Shown in pieces: positions 62,969 through 64,000 of a stretch of 64,000 nucleotides of DNA (positions within the stretch are counted from its first letter, which is position 1; each line of letters starts with the position of its first letter). The stretch comes from Trichormus sp. ATA11-4-KO1. Lineage in GTDB: Bacteria > Cyanobacteriota > Cyanobacteriia > Cyanobacteriales > Nostocaceae. The position numbers were made by a program, and so were the translations under genes. The notes under the pieces are model-generated. The model was not told the DNA's origin, searched no databases, and was given only the letters and a program-made list of their open reading frames with translations. The stretch is taken from assembly GCA_019358915.1 (NCBI GenBank), contig JAHHIM010000055.1:256001-320000 (forward strand), written 5' to 3'.

Positions 62969-64000
62969 TTAAAAGCTAGCGTGTTTTCTCATATCAACAT
63001 AGCGTCTTGCCGTTGTATTCATTTCAATAACCAACTCTGTACCTTGACCTAATTGGGAGTTACACTTAAGTTTACCTTGATGTTTTTCTACAATAATCTG
63101 CTGACTAATTGATAGACCTAATCCTTTGCCTTTTCCTACTGGTTTCGTAGTAAAGAAGGGTTCAAATATCCGTCTTTTAATATGAGGCAAAATACCTTTA
63201 CCGTTATCAGATATGTGAATTAAAACTTTTTGTTTTTTTACCAGTTGTTTATCAACAGTATTGAGTTCGTTGCTAGTAACTAATGATAAATGACTGCCGA
63301 TAAGTTCTGTACGAATCCAAATTTTGGGAATGAGGGAATAATCCTGTTTCATCCTTTCTTCTAAAGCATCAATGGCATTAGTCAAAATGTTCATAAATAC
63401 CTGGTTTAGTTCCCCAGGATAACATTCGATTAAAGGTAATTCTCCGAAGTCCTTAATGACTTCAATTCCTGGTCTATCGTGCTTTTCTTTGAGGCGATGT
63501 TGCAAAAGCCTGAGAACACTATCCAGTCCCTCATGTATGTTAGATTTTTTCATTTTATCTGGATCAAAGCCAGAAAAATTCCGCAAGGCAGAAACAATCT
63601 CTTGAATACGTTCAGAGCCAGACCGCATTGACCATAGCAATTTGAGGAAGTCTGTTTTTATCAAATTGAGGTCGAACTGTTGCAGATATGAGGTAATTCC
63701 TACTTTGGGTTTTGGATAGTAGTATTGGTAAAGTTCGATTAGTTTAATTAATTCTTCGGCATACTGACTGATGGGATGAAGATTACTATTGATAAAGTTA
63801 ACCGGATGATAAATTTCATTAGCCATATCCACTATTAGTTGACCGAGATTAGCCATTTTCTCGTTCTGCAATAGTTGATATTGCGTAATTTCCAATTGCT
63901 GTGAAGTTTCTCTTGCTTGTGCTTCTGCCAACTGGCTTTTGGTAATCTCTCTTTGGAGTTGTTCTAATAGTTGGTATTGCTGAATAGATACTGCTATTTC
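62969..64000 (-). CDS. Sensor histidine kinase-like protein, 5' part outside the window
   Basis: Frame stays open to the window edge (EIAVSIQQYQLLEQLQ..); NQVFMNILTNAIDA, DNGKG, FFTTK..GKGLGL. Confidence 0.9.
   Translation of the reverse strand, partial: EIAVSIQQYQLLEQLQREITKSQLAEAQARETSQQLEITQYQLLQNEKMANLGQLIVDMANEIYHPVNFINSNLHPISQYAEELIKLIELYQYYYPKPKVGITSYLQQFDLNLIKTDFLKLLWSMRSGSERIQEIVSALRNFSGFDPDKMKKSNIHEGLDSVLRLLQHRLKEKHDRPGIEVIKDFGELPLIECYPGELNQVFMNILTNAIDALEERMKQDYSLIPKIWIRTELIGSHLSLVTSNELNTVDKQLVKKQKVLIHISDNGKGILPHIKRRIFEPFFTTKPVGKGKGLGLSISQQIIVEKHQGKLKCNSQLGQGTELVIEMNTTARRYVDMRKHASF

Overview
Chromosomal window of a heterocyst-forming cyanobacterium (Nostocales), judged from dense HIP1 (GCGATCGC) sites, STRR heptamer repeats and a devH-pacR-trxC-ndhF1-ndhD1 block. 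Most of it is housekeeping: pdhC, ribC, birA, pgeF, csaB, hisA, cofH, psb27, polA and NDH-1 genes, plus a phosphate cluster (sphR-sphS-phoU-phoX-Crp-porin). Features missed by the ORF track include: (1) a tnpB-only IS200/IS605 element inserted after TTAC that splits and partly deletes a Uma2 gene, carries a frameshifted small RHH-like gene where tnpA would sit, and has a MITE nested in its left end; (2) a frameshifted phaC remnant; (3) a 41-aa ORF behind a DIF1-like TCCGGA-N18-GTA heterocyst promoter; (4) a Yfr2-like sRNA and a Yfr1-type site in the porin leader; (5) several small mobile repeats with target-site duplications. The best candidates for an uncharacterised system are an orphan APH-kinase/HopA1-lyase pair (RiPP dehydratase-like, no visible precursor) and a Shango-like TerB-C plus DUF2791 ATPase pair lacking its helicase. 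Family assignments come from motif recognition and recall; no database searches were run.
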